Assembly (NCBI GenBank): GCA_045543595.1
Contig: JAZQMU010000178.1
Span: 1-45,286 of the forward strand
DNA: 45,286 nt
From: Faecalimonas sp.
GTDB taxonomy: Bacteria; Bacillota; Clostridia; Lachnospirales; Lachnospiraceae
Reading direction: 5' to 3'
In this document: positions 36,102 to 45,246 of the stretch, piece by piece
How positions within the stretch are numbered: the stretch's first letter is position 1
How the letters are laid out: each line of letters starts with the position of its first letter
Made by a program: the position numbers and the translations under genes
Notes under the pieces: model-generated
What the model saw: only the letters and a program-made list of their open reading frames with translations
Databases searched by the model: none
What the model was told of the DNA's origin: nothing

Positions 36102-37570
36102 ATGATAATTTGGCATATCAAATTGCCGCAACTCCCGAGGAGAATGTTTTGATTGATGAGGCTCCAGTTAAATGGTGTACTGTATCGCTTTCGGAAATCA
36201 TCGAAAGAGGAAAGCGCTTAGAGGCAAGCGTCTATGATGTCGAAGCAAAGCAGGCACGAGAAATTATTGCAGATGGCAAATACCCTCTTACTACCCTTGG
36301 TGGCGCAGACGGAATGACAACGTCTTATACAGGCGCACGTTTCAAACGAATTTGGGTTGAAAAATCTGATTATCCCATTTATCAGCCTTCAACCATCATG
36401 GACATCAAACCTTCTCCGGACGGATACATCTCGGCAGTAACTGATACGAATATTGATGCATTGCGTGTATCTAAAGGGCAGGTCCTCATGACCTGTTCTG
36501 GTACAATTGGAAAAGTATCTTTTGTCTCAGATACAATGGACAATTTGATTTTCAGCCATGACCTTTTGCGGATTAACTGTAAAAAGCCGAGCGATGCAGG
36601 ATATGTATATGCATACCTAAAAAGTAAGGTTGGAAATAAAATACTGCTGACAAACAGTTACGGTGCGGTTATTACCCATATCGAGCCAGAACATCTCGCA
36701 ACGGTTCCAATTCCGGATGCTCCAGATGCATTGAAGTTGAAAATCGGTAATCTTGTGAATCGCTCTTATACTCTTCGTGATGAATCAAATGCCTTAATCG
36801 ATAAAGCGACTAAGCTATTGATTGATGAGCTTCAATTGCCGGCAATCGAAGATTTTAATGTTGGCTATTTCAAAAAAGATGCTCCAGTAGATACATTCAG
36901 CGTCAAATTGAGTGATATGAGATATCGTTTGGATGCCTCATACCACATTCCAATTGTTGATGCAATTGTTGATCATCTTAAAAAATATGCAGCGGAAGTT
37001 ACATCTATTGGAGATCAACGAATCAGTAGTGCGGTTATTTTGCCTGGACGATTCAAACGAGTATATGTTGATGAAGGACACGGTTATGTGCTATTTGGTG
37101 GAAAGCAGATTCACACATTGGATCCTTCAGGGGAAAAATATTTGTCCAAATCAAAGCATGACGAGCGAATATCTAAAGAATTGCTGATTGAGGAAAACAC
37201 TACGCTAATTACACGAAGCGGTACAATCGGAAAAGTTGCACTGGTTCCTAAGCATTGGGCAAATTGGATTGCAAGCGAACACATTATCCGAGTGGTGCCT
37301 GCGTCACAAGATGTAGCTGGATACAATTACATCTTCTTGCTTTCCGATTATGGCCGGACACTAATTCAACGCTATACTTATGGTGCGGTTGTCGATGAGA
37401 TTGACAATGGACATGTAAGTGATATTCCGATTCCGTTACTCAAAAACCATGATATTCAGAAAAGAATAAATGACCTTGCGCTTGAAGCAAATAAAAAGCG
37501 TTATGAGGCATATAAGTTAGAGCAAAAGGCATTGGAGATTATGGACAAAGAAGTTATTTATGCAAAGTGA
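36095..37570 (+). CDS. RM specificity (S) subunit with two TRDs
   Basis: internal duplication RLEAS/RLDAS, RFKRIWV/RFKRVYV, SGTIGKV twice, YGAVI/YGAVV, with helical spacers. Confidence 0.88.
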   Translation: MVNDNLAYQIAATPEENVLIDEAPVKWCTVSLSEIIERGKRLEASVYDVEAKQAREIIADGKYPLTTLGGADGMTTSYTGARFKRIWVEKSDYPIYQPSTIMDIKPSPDGYISAVTDTNIDALRVSKGQVLMTCSGTIGKVSFVSDTMDNLIFSHDLLRINCKKPSDAGYVYAYLKSKVGNKILLTNSYGAVITHIEPEHLATVPIPDAPDALKLKIGNLVNRSYTLRDESNALIDKATKLLIDELQLPAIEDFNVGYFKKDAPVDTFSVKLSDMRYRLDASYHIPIVDAIVDHLKKYAAEVTSIGDQRISSAVILPGRFKRVYVDEGHGYVLFGGKQIHTLDPSGEKYLSKSKHDERISKELLIEENTTLITRSGTIGKVALVPKHWANWIASEHIIRVVPASQDVAGYNYIFLLSDYGRTLIQRYTYGAVVDEIDNGHVSDIPIPLLKNHDIQKRINDLALEANKKRYEAYKLEQKALEIMDKEVIYAK

Positions 37571-37581
37571 GGTGAGCCAGG

Positions 37582-38364
37582 ATGCCAGGATACAAGGACT
37601 GGATAGATGCTATTGACATAAAAGTTGACTATTTTTCTGCATTTATGAAAGCTTGGATTGCCTTTAATGCGTGGTATAACTTTAGCGGTGAAGTTATAGG
37701 AAAAAATGACAAGGAATGTGTCGAGTACATTGCAAGTCAATCTAACAGATTTAAGACTTATACCATGAATCTGATCAATGCAGAGGATGCTGACGGCAGT
37801 GCATATAGAGAGAACATCGCAAAACTACATGGTTCTCTTTTGAATGCAGCAATTACTACTCAGGAATACATAGGAGTTCGGCAATCTGTTTCATTTGCAG
37901 AGGTGGCGGTTAAAAACGCAAACACGCTTAAACGAAAAGATTACTACCAGCACCATTATGAGTGTTCCAGAGCACATGGAAAAACAAAAACCGTAGTTAC
38001 AGTAAAAGCTACAGGTGCTTCAATATTTTGTTTTGAGCAAGAAGGATATGATATTGATGTATTGAGGCAGCAATCTGACTTTCTTGGTTTGACCCAAAGA
38101 CAAAAGGAACAGTGCGAGGAATGCTATAGGGAACTGACTCCGTATCGCATTACCAGCGTTCTTGCGTCGGGACAAGCCACAAAGCAAATTGGAGCATATA
38201 ATTTTGTAAATGATGCCGGAAAGATTAGTGAAGCCATTGTAATCATACTGTACATGCTCCGATGCTGCCTTGCCCACGGTGATATATCACCTGACGAGTC
38301 AGCAAATGAAGTATATAAGTACGCATATGAAGTGTTGTGTGCACCATTGAGAAAACTTAAATAA
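37582..38364 (+). CDS. hypothetical protein with putative HEPN RNase motif
   Basis: N-terminal FMKAWIAFNAWY helix and C-terminal LYMLRCCLAHG (Rx4H); 11 nt after the S gene, before the operon terminator. Confidence 0.65.
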   Translation: MPGYKDWIDAIDIKVDYFSAFMKAWIAFNAWYNFSGEVIGKNDKECVEYIASQSNRFKTYTMNLINAEDADGSAYRENIAKLHGSLLNAAITTQEYIGVRQSVSFAEVAVKNANTLKRKDYYQHHYECSRAHGKTKTVVTVKATGASIFCFEQEGYDIDVLRQQSDFLGLTQRQKEQCEECYRELTPYRITSVLASGQATKQIGAYNFVNDAGKISEAIVIILYMLRCCLAHGDISPDESANEVYKYAYEVLCAPLRKLK

Positions 38365-38372
38365 TCTCCTGA

Positions 38373-38406
38373 AAAGCCTCCGTTGGTATCTACCAGCGGA
38401 GGCTTT
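38373..38406. terminator. bidirectional terminator
   Basis: AAAGCCTCCGTTGGTA-tc-TACCAGCGGAGGCTTT. Confidence 0.85.
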
Positions 38407-38428
38407 GTCGTGTCGTTTGTTTATACGG

Positions 38429-39650
38429 TTACTTTTTCTTATACTTTGTTTTTCGGCCACTTCCGTCCTGATAGATCAGACCTTCTGTAACCATGCGTTT
38501 TAGAATACGGCTGGCCGTTGTTTGACTGACATCCAACAGTTGATCCACATCGCTACGCACTACATAGCCGTTTTTGGCAATCAGATCCAGAATCTTTTCT
38601 TCATTGGATTTGCATTCGTTAGATATGGTATCCGTTGCCTTAGCGGCATTTCTATTGGGAAGTGTAATTTTGAAAGCGTTGCTTGTTACTTCGATTTTAG
38701 GCTTCAGTCCTGTACCTGCGTATGCTTTCATGATTTTGGGCATACCAGTTCCGTAAGCTTCAATCAGCTGCAAGCGATAGAAGATAGCTGCTAATTTCGG
38801 ATTTCTGCAAACGGAGAGTCCGAGCATAATGTCATCCAGCGTGATTCCAGTAGGTAGACCGCCTACGGATACAAATTCGATTCGGTCATCATAGATACTG
38901 ACAAGGGTGCTGGCACTAAAAGAATAGTCCCTGTGCACCAGAGAATTCATCAGAGTTTCTCTCAGCGCATCCTCGGGGTAATCTCTGGTATCAGTTCGGT
39001 ATAGCCCTTCAAATGTGGCCTTGGTCTGATTGTGCAGATCGAGATAGGCATACAAATCCTCCATCTGCTGAAACAGCGAACCGGTGAACTCCCGTCTATC
39101 CTGGAAGACGCTTTGATCAACACCGGAAAAGGTCGCAGTCTTGATGGTGTTCGGACATTGTTCAGACAGAAGCAACGCTACATTGGAGTAAATTCCGTCC
39201 TGGGAAACCATTCCCAATGTCTGCATCTTGGCAGCATCGTAGGGAACATTCCGCTTGGAAAACTGCGCCTCAGTTGCCTGAAATGACAGATTCTGCTCCA
39301 AAGAGCGCATGGCTTCAAAACTGTCGCCGTCGGTTTCTTTAATCATTTTTCGTATGGCTGTATCAGTAGCAGGATCTGTAGATGTACCGTTGCGGACATA
39401 CACGCCACTGGGTTTTAATCCCTTGCTGCCCAGATAATAAGGACGGTCTGTACCCTTCTGAACGGTCAGGGCGATAATTTGTTTATCACCTACTACCTGT
39501 GTTTCGTAGTGGACAAACATCGTAACATCAGGTTTGATAGAATCCCGAACCATATTATTTATTTGCAAGGTAACACAGTCGGCACTATCCACGCCAACCA
39601 CCGTACCATTGTCCTCAACACCAATGTAAAGGGTGCCACCTTTTGTATTG
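38429..39650 (-). pseudogene. Schlafen/AlbA_2 - HATPase_c_4 - wHTH protein, N-terminus deleted
   Basis: NTKGGTLYIGVEDNG, ALRETLMNSLVHRDYS, RNPKLAAIF, IEAYGTG, C-terminal HTH; sequence above about 39650 is relaxase DNA on the other strand. Confidence 0.82.
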
Positions 39651-39916
39651 CCAAGAGCATTTCGTGTCCAAGGGAATGTGTTGCGACTTTGCAATCCATG
39701 ACCCAGATCCTCCGGGACACAATCCGCATTGTCACATCATGCTGATCATGCGAGCCATTGATGAAAATGGAAAGTGGCTGCCCAAGAGCCGAAAGGTTTA
39801 TGACCTTGATGAGAACGGTGAACGCATCCGCTTACCGTCCGGCAGATGGAAAAGCCACAAGAAAGATACCGTTGACTGGAACGAACAGTATCACGCCGAG
39901 GAATGGAGACACGGAT
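39646..39916 (+). pseudogene. MobA/MobL (MOBQ) relaxase internal fragment
   Basis: FVSKGMCCDFAIHD...HNPHCHIML..R..DENGKW...DWN...EEWR; no N- or C-terminus. Confidence 0.85.
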
Positions 39917-41032
39917 TTCAACTACCTCATGCTGTATCTGGAAAAACAATACGGGCTAAACAATGAAAACCGCATTCGCAGGGCATTGACAGTGGTTGCA
40001 CACCAGAACCAGTACCATCCGATCCGGGAGTATCTGAACCGTTTGGTGTGGGATGGCACAGAGCGTATCCCCTATGTGCTTCATCACTTCCTGGGCGCAG
40101 AAATATGTGCGTATAGTACCGAAGTCATGCGGCTGTTTCTGTTGGGAGCCATTCATCGGGTATTCAGACCGGGCTGTAAGTTTGAACTGATGCTCTGTCT
40201 GGTAGGCGGACAGGGAGCCGGTAAATCGACCTTTTTCCGCTTTCTGGCCTGTAAGGATGAATGGTTCTCCGATGACCTGAAAAAGATTGATGACGACAAT
40301 GTGTTCCGCAAGATGCAGGGACACTGGATCATAGAAATGTCGGAGATGATTGCCACAGCCAATGCCCGAAGCAGTGAGGACATTAAATCGTTTTTGAGCC
40401 GATCCAAGGAAACCTACAAGGTTCCCTACGCAACGGAGCCGGAGGACAGGCTGCGACAATGTGTATTTGGCGGCACTTCCAATGCGCTGGACTTTCTGCC
40501 CCTTGACCGCAGCGGAAATCGCCGCTTTCTTCCTATCATGGTACATCCCGAACAGGCAGAGGTACACATTCTGGAAGATGAAGCGGCATCCCGGAAGTAT
40601 ATGGATCAGTTGTGGGCAGAAGCAATGATCCTTTACCGACGAGGAAAGGTGCAGCTGAAACTGTCAAAAGAGATGAACGAACAGTTGGTTCTCCTGCAAA
40701 AGCAGTTCATGCCGGAGGACACCAAGGTGGGCGTGATACAGGCATTTCTGGACGATTTTGATGGAGATATGGTCTATTCCAAACTGCTCCATCACGAAGC
40801 GCTGGGACGCTTTGACGAGCCGAAATCGTGGGAAATACGGGAGATCAACGAGATTATGAACCAGTCCGTGACGGGTTGGATTCCTTACCCCAATCCAAGA
40901 AGCTATAAGAAGTACGGCAAGCAAAGGGGCTGGATGCGTGGAAGCGAAGTGCCGGAAACGGGGACAACCCCCATGGATGGCTTTCGTGAACTGACCGAGG
41001 AAGAATGCAGTCAGATGGAACTGCCGTTTTAA
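39908..41032 (+). pseudogene. virulence-associated E (VirE/VapE) P-loop helicase, N-terminus deleted
   Basis: YHPIREYL...WDGTERI, PGCKFE, GGQGAGKST, RQCVFGGTSN, GNRRF, QLWAEA; no native start. Confidence 0.85.
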
Positions 41033-41067
41033 GAAAGGAGCATGGTTTCCTGTTTCATATCCAATCC

Positions 41068-41136
41068 GTTGCTATATCGGTTTCCGGGAAAAACCTTGTT
41101 CCGCAGGGTTTTTTCTTCTCTGGAAACGAAAGCAAC
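41068..41136. repeat. long imperfect inverted repeat downstream of virE
   Basis: GTTGCT..GTTTCC..AAAAACC / GGTTTTT..GGAAAC..AGCAAC. Confidence 0.55.
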
Positions 41137-41337
41137 AAAGAAATCGAAGAAAAGCGAAGATAGTAAGGACAACTGCCGCAAGGAGAAATCTGATTTTTAG
41201 AAGTCAGTTTCCAGTTTCTGTTTCAGGTTCCCCTTGCCTGGCTTTAGGAGGTATTGAAATGAACGCAGCACAGAAAAACGCAGGGTTTGGAAAGACCTAT
41301 CCCTGCGCAACGAATTGATTTATGGAGGTAAATGCCT

Positions 41338-42162
41338 ATGGCGAATAGCAAGAGCAATGCAAGTGAGAAGAACTATTTTGGCATTCCGGTATGGCGCAGA
41401 CACACGCTGACCATTGAGGAAGCCGCTGGCTACTATCACATCGGTGAAGGGAAACTGCGGATGCTGATCCGTAAGAATCCATTTGGATTTGAACTGGCAT
41501 CGGTGATCGTGAACGATTCTGTCACCAGAGAAGCAATTACCCGAAAGCAGGAACGTGAACTTCTGAAATTTATCAAGGAAGATAAGCATTTCTGCCGATA
41601 CTACGATGCGATCTTCATTCTCTTTAACACGGGGCTACGTATCTCGGAGTTTTGTGGATTGACCTTTTCCGATATCGAGTTCGACCAGAAGCGTATCAAG
41701 GTTGATCATCAGTTGCAGAGAACATCGCAGATGCAGTATGTGATTCAGGACCCCAAGACAGAAAGCGGTATCCGATATGTGCCGATGAGTGATGAAGTGG
41801 TGGCGTGTTTCCGCCGTATTCTCGCCAATCGTGTGGCACCGAAAGTGGAGCCGATGGTGGTTGGATATGCCAGCTTTCTGTTTCTGGACAAGAATGACAG
41901 ACCGATGGTTGCGCTGCATTGGGAGAAATACCTGCAGCACATTGTCGAGAAGTACAACAAGATCTACCGCATTCAGATGCCCAAAGTAACCCCTCATGTA
42001 TGCAGACACATCTTCTGTTCCAATATGGCGAAATCTGGAATGAACCCTAAGACATTGCAGTATATCATGGGTCATTCGGACATCAGCGTGACGCTGAATG
42101 TTTACACCCATGTGCAGTTCGATGACGCACAGGCAGAGCTGCTTCGAGTAGCGGAAGCCTGA
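41338..42162 (+). pseudogene. in-frame fusion of excisionase N-terminus and Tn916-like tyrosine integrase catalytic domain
   Basis: [26 protein letters not shown] (Xis-like) joined to IRKNPF..TGLRISE..PKT..HVCRH..MGHSDI..VYTH. Confidence 0.85.
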
Positions 42163-42170
42163 CCCCCCCC

Positions 42171-42212
42171 GTTGGTAAAGCGCATTTATTTACCAACGGA
42201 TTTACCAATATT
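42171..42212 (+). repeat. putative integrase arm-type sites (right)
   Basis: inverted TTGGTAAA at 42172, ATTTACCAA at 42188 and 42200. Confidence 0.7.
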
Positions 42213-42347
42213 GCAGGAAAAAGCATGAAAAAATACGGGGAGATTTGAGAAGATATCCCGAAAACAAAGAAACATGAAAATGCCGAAAAACCCTGCAATA
42301 TTGGGCATTTGAGAAGAAATACAAGACTTATATGGAGATATAAGACG

Positions 42348-42389
42348 ATGATAAAAATACTGTTCATCTGCCACGGCAACATCTGCTAA
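42348..42389 (+). pseudogene. right attachment site / 13-codon remnant of a low-molecular-weight protein tyrosine phosphatase gene
   Basis: MIKILFICHGNIC* matches the LMW-PTP/ArsC P-loop start CxGNxCRS but stops before the Arg; RBS GGAG upstream. Confidence 0.8.
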
Positions 42390-42403
42390 TATTTTCAATT
42401 CCC

Positions 42404-42435
42404 TACGGCTGAGTTCCCTCAGCCGTATTTCTTTT
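42404..42435 (+). terminator. intrinsic terminator
   Basis: TACGGCTGAG-ttcc-CTCAGCCGTA-TTTCTTTT. Confidence 0.82.
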
Positions 42436-42483
42436 CCCCCTCTCCCATGTTACAATATAGAAAAACAGAAAGGAATCCCCACC

Positions 42484-43122
42484 ATGTCCAATATCAAAAT
42501 CCTAGGCGACAGCATTGCCGCTGGCGAGGGTTGTTCCCTTTTCAAGCGAACAACCGACATACTCATGCAGTACGATTCAACAGAATACTTCCGTTGTGAG
42601 GCTCCAAACAGTTGGTGGGGTCTGCTTCTTGCAGAAGGATATCAGATTAAGAACTATGGTTGTTGCGGAGCATTTTCTTACCAGATACGAGAACACTTAG
42701 AGAGATTCTTAGAACCAGACGATGACTTAATCATGATCCTGCTAGGACTCAACGACCGGAAGCGTCCAGATGGCATAATAGAACTTCGTGAGAACATGAC
42801 TTACATCGTCAAGAGAATCCAAGAACTAGGGAAAACACCGATTCTGATGACACCGTTGCCATCCACAGAAGAAAACGAATACAGACCAAGCCGGATTCAT
42901 CACACCGAGGACGTGGTAAGAGTTTTGCGAGAAGTAGCTAGTGAGACAGAGACAACATTGATTGACAATTACGAATATATAGAAGAATATCTCAAAGCAA
43001 ACGCACTTAAAATCGAAGACATTATTTTAGGTGAAGGTTGCTTCAATGACGGTCTGCATCCTGCAGATAAAGCGCAGCAGCTTATATATAAAAATATCAA
43101 AAACAGTGGGAGGTTATTATGA
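42484..43122 (+). CDS. SGNH/GDSL hydrolase
   Basis: LGDSIAAG, G.ND, DGLHP. Confidence 0.88.
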   Translation: MSNIKILGDSIAAGEGCSLFKRTTDILMQYDSTEYFRCEAPNSWWGLLLAEGYQIKNYGCCGAFSYQIREHLERFLEPDDDLIMILLGLNDRKRPDGIIELRENMTYIVKRIQELGKTPILMTPLPSTEENEYRPSRIHHTEDVVRVLREVASETETTLIDNYEYIEEYLKANALKIEDIILGEGCFNDGLHPADKAQQLIYKNIKNSGRLL

Positions 43123-43958
43123 TTAATCAGGAAACAAAGGATAAATTAATCCAGACAGGACGTACATTTATGAAAGGTTACGGTCCACATTTAACTCCAG
43201 AGGACGAATTCCAATCAGATCAGGAAATGAAACTTCCACAACCACCACTTGTGAAAGCACCGATGCGAGGGGAAGAAAATCGAATTGCTCTAACAAAAGA
43301 TTTTTCGAAATTAGAAATGAAGAACAACCTCATCGACGTGATCCGTGACCGCAAGAGTTCCAGAGTTTATACACAAGAAACTATGACATTAGACGAACTT
43401 TCCTTCTTGCTTTGGGCGACACAGGGAATCAAGGAGATTCGCGGAAAAGCTTATGCCACAATCCGTACGGTACCATGTGGCGGCGCAAGACATCAGTTTG
43501 AGACATATTTGCTCGTTCGCAATGTAGAAGGTCTGGAAAACGGAGCCTATCATTATCTCCCAATGGAACATGCCTTGGAATTTCTTTATCCAGTAGAAAG
43601 TATGGAAGAAAAGATCAACGCAAGTATGTGTGACCAGAGATGGTGTTCCAAAGCAAATGTTGTATTTTACTGGTCTATCGTTGCATATCGTGTGGAATGG
43701 CGTTACGGAATCTACGCGCACAGACCTGCACTTATTGATGTGGGACATGTGGGGCAGAATCTCTATCTTGCCTGCAGTGGTTTAGGACTTGGATGCTGTG
43801 CCATTGCATCATTTGATGACCAGATTTGCAGCGATATTTTCGGACTTGATGGCCAGGAAGAATTTGTTGTCTACGCGGTACCAGTTGGAACTATTTCTGA
43901 GAAAGATAAGACTTCGGAAAACGCATTTTATAAATTTGTGGAAGAGCAAGGATTATAA
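43119..43958 (+). CDS. SagB/ThcOx family nitroreductase-like dehydrogenase
   Basis: RKSSRVY, LLWATQG, RTVPCGGARH, WRYG, GHVGQNLYL. Confidence 0.88.
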   Translation: MINQETKDKLIQTGRTFMKGYGPHLTPEDEFQSDQEMKLPQPPLVKAPMRGEENRIALTKDFSKLEMKNNLIDVIRDRKSSRVYTQETMTLDELSFLLWATQGIKEIRGKAYATIRTVPCGGARHQFETYLLVRNVEGLENGAYHYLPMEHALEFLYPVESMEEKINASMCDQRWCSKANVVFYWSIVAYRVEWRYGIYAHRPALIDVGHVGQNLYLACSGLGLGCCAIASFDDQICSDIFGLDGQEEFVVYAVPVGTISEKDKTSENAFYKFVEEQGL

Positions 43959-44026
43959 AATTATTGTCTGAACAATTCTGATATGTTATATTAATAGTAA
44001 GAAAATTGACATAAAGGAGGGTCTAT

Positions 44027-44668
44027 ATGGACGAAAGATTAGTTGACCTTCGCTCGACGAAGAACCCAAAAGCACGTATCAAAATTATGAAAGGTCACTT
44101 TGCCACAAGTCACTCGCACATCAATACATACATCGATATGTCTACGGTAAAAGCAAGACATAACAACTGTAGAGAGACAGCAAAAACACTTGCAGAAGAG
44201 TTGTCGCACAACGTTATGGTAGATACGATTGTTTGTCTGGAGGAAACAGAAACAATTGGTGCGTTTTTAGCAGAACAGCTTGCAGATGTAAGTAGACATT
44301 CTTTGAGTTACGGCAATAACATTTCGGTGATCACTCCTGAGTATCATCAGAACGGGCTGATTCTTTTCCGCGACAATGTACAGCGTATGATCAAGAACAG
44401 TCAATGTCTGATCTTAGCACCTTCCATCACAACTGGAAAATCAGTGAAACAGGCAATCGAAGCAGTATTATACTATGGCGGAACAGTTTGTGGAATCGCT
44501 TCCGTATTTAGTTCAATCAATAAGATCAATGGCTTGGAAGTGAAAACGATTTTTACAAGCAAAGATCTTCCGGATTACCGAGCATATGCTCCAAACGACT
44601 GTCCGATGTGTAAGGCGAGAGAAAGAATTCAGGCAATTGTAAATAGTTACGGATATTCAGAAATTTAA
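44027..44668 (+). CDS. type I phosphoribosyltransferase-like protein (orotate PRTase-like)
   Basis: GHFATSHSH.N.YID, ITTGKS, C-terminal CPMC; PRPP loop lacks the acidic pair. Confidence 0.7.
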   Translation: MDERLVDLRSTKNPKARIKIMKGHFATSHSHINTYIDMSTVKARHNNCRETAKTLAEELSHNVMVDTIVCLEETETIGAFLAEQLADVSRHSLSYGNNISVITPEYHQNGLILFRDNVQRMIKNSQCLILAPSITTGKSVKQAIEAVLYYGGTVCGIASVFSSINKINGLEVKTIFTSKDLPDYRAYAPNDCPMCKARERIQAIVNSYGYSEI

Positions 44669-44676
44669 GAATATAG

Positions 44677-44708
44677 AAATGGGATAAGATTTCGCTTATC
44701 CCATTTTT
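44677..44708 (+). terminator. intrinsic terminator
   Basis: AAATGGGATAAG-atttcg-CTTATCCCATTT-TT. Confidence 0.85.
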
Positions 44709-44775
44709 GATTTTTAGAAATAATTCCGCAAACCGCACTCATATATATTAGTAAATACATATTGCGCGGAGAATT

Positions 44776-45243
44776 ATGAAAAGAGGATTACTTATAAAAT
44801 GTATTGCGGTACCATTGCTTGTAGGTGCTCTCGCTTCTCTTTTGACAGGTGGCGGAATGGAAATGTTCGAAAGCATCAATAAACCGCCTCTCTCACCACC
44901 GGGCTGGTTATTTCCAATTGTCTGGACGATTCTATACACGTTGATGGGAATTAGCTCCTACTTGATTCTCACATCAGGAGCAGAAGAAAGTAAGATTTCA
45001 AAAGCTATGGCAATTTATGCATATCAGCTTGCAGTGAATTTCTTATGGCCAACTTTTTTCTTTAATCTGGAGTGGTATCTGTTTGCATTTCTGTGGTTGG
45101 TACTTTTGTGGATTTTGGTGTTCGTGATGATACGGAGATTTTGGGAAATAGATAGGCGGGCAGCAATTCTAAACATACCGTACTTGGTATGGCTTACTTT
45201 TGCAGGATATTTGAATCTTGCAATCTGGATATTAAATCGTTAA
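44776..45243 (+). CDS. tspO: TspO/MBR tryptophan-rich sensory protein
   Basis: KPPLSPPGWLFPIVWTILY.LMG, NFLW..FFF, PYLVWLTFA.YLN. Confidence 0.92.
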   Translation: MKRGLLIKCIAVPLLVGALASLLTGGGMEMFESINKPPLSPPGWLFPIVWTILYTLMGISSYLILTSGAEESKISKAMAIYAYQLAVNFLWPTFFFNLEWYLFAFLWLVLLWILVFVMIRRFWEIDRRAAILNIPYLVWLTFAGYLNLAIWILNR

Positions 45244-45246
45244 AAA

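Larger units (their letters stand above)
32903..42376 (+). mobile_element. decayed integrative mobilizable element (tyrosine integrase, MobA/MobL relaxase, VirE) carrying an RM defence cassette
   Basis: 27-bp imperfect direct repeats at both ends, ATTTACCAA pairs inside both ends, tnpV, and relaxase/virE/xis-int fragments. Confidence 0.88.

Noticed and set aside
34074-37570. Classical type I RM system missing hsdR
   Set aside because: The nuclease motif is fused to the methylase, which is a complete type IIB/IIG-like architecture rather than a truncated type I
39758-39907. N-terminus of the 424-aa VirE ORF in the track
   Set aside because: It is out-of-frame relaxase DNA upstream of the deletion junction
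42163-42170. C8 homopolymer after the integrase stop
   Set aside because: Outside any coding or promoter sequence; no support for phase variation
43119-43958. Azole RiPP biosynthesis cluster
   Set aside because: No YcaO cyclodehydratase or precursor peptide nearby; stand-alone SagB-like nitroreductases are common
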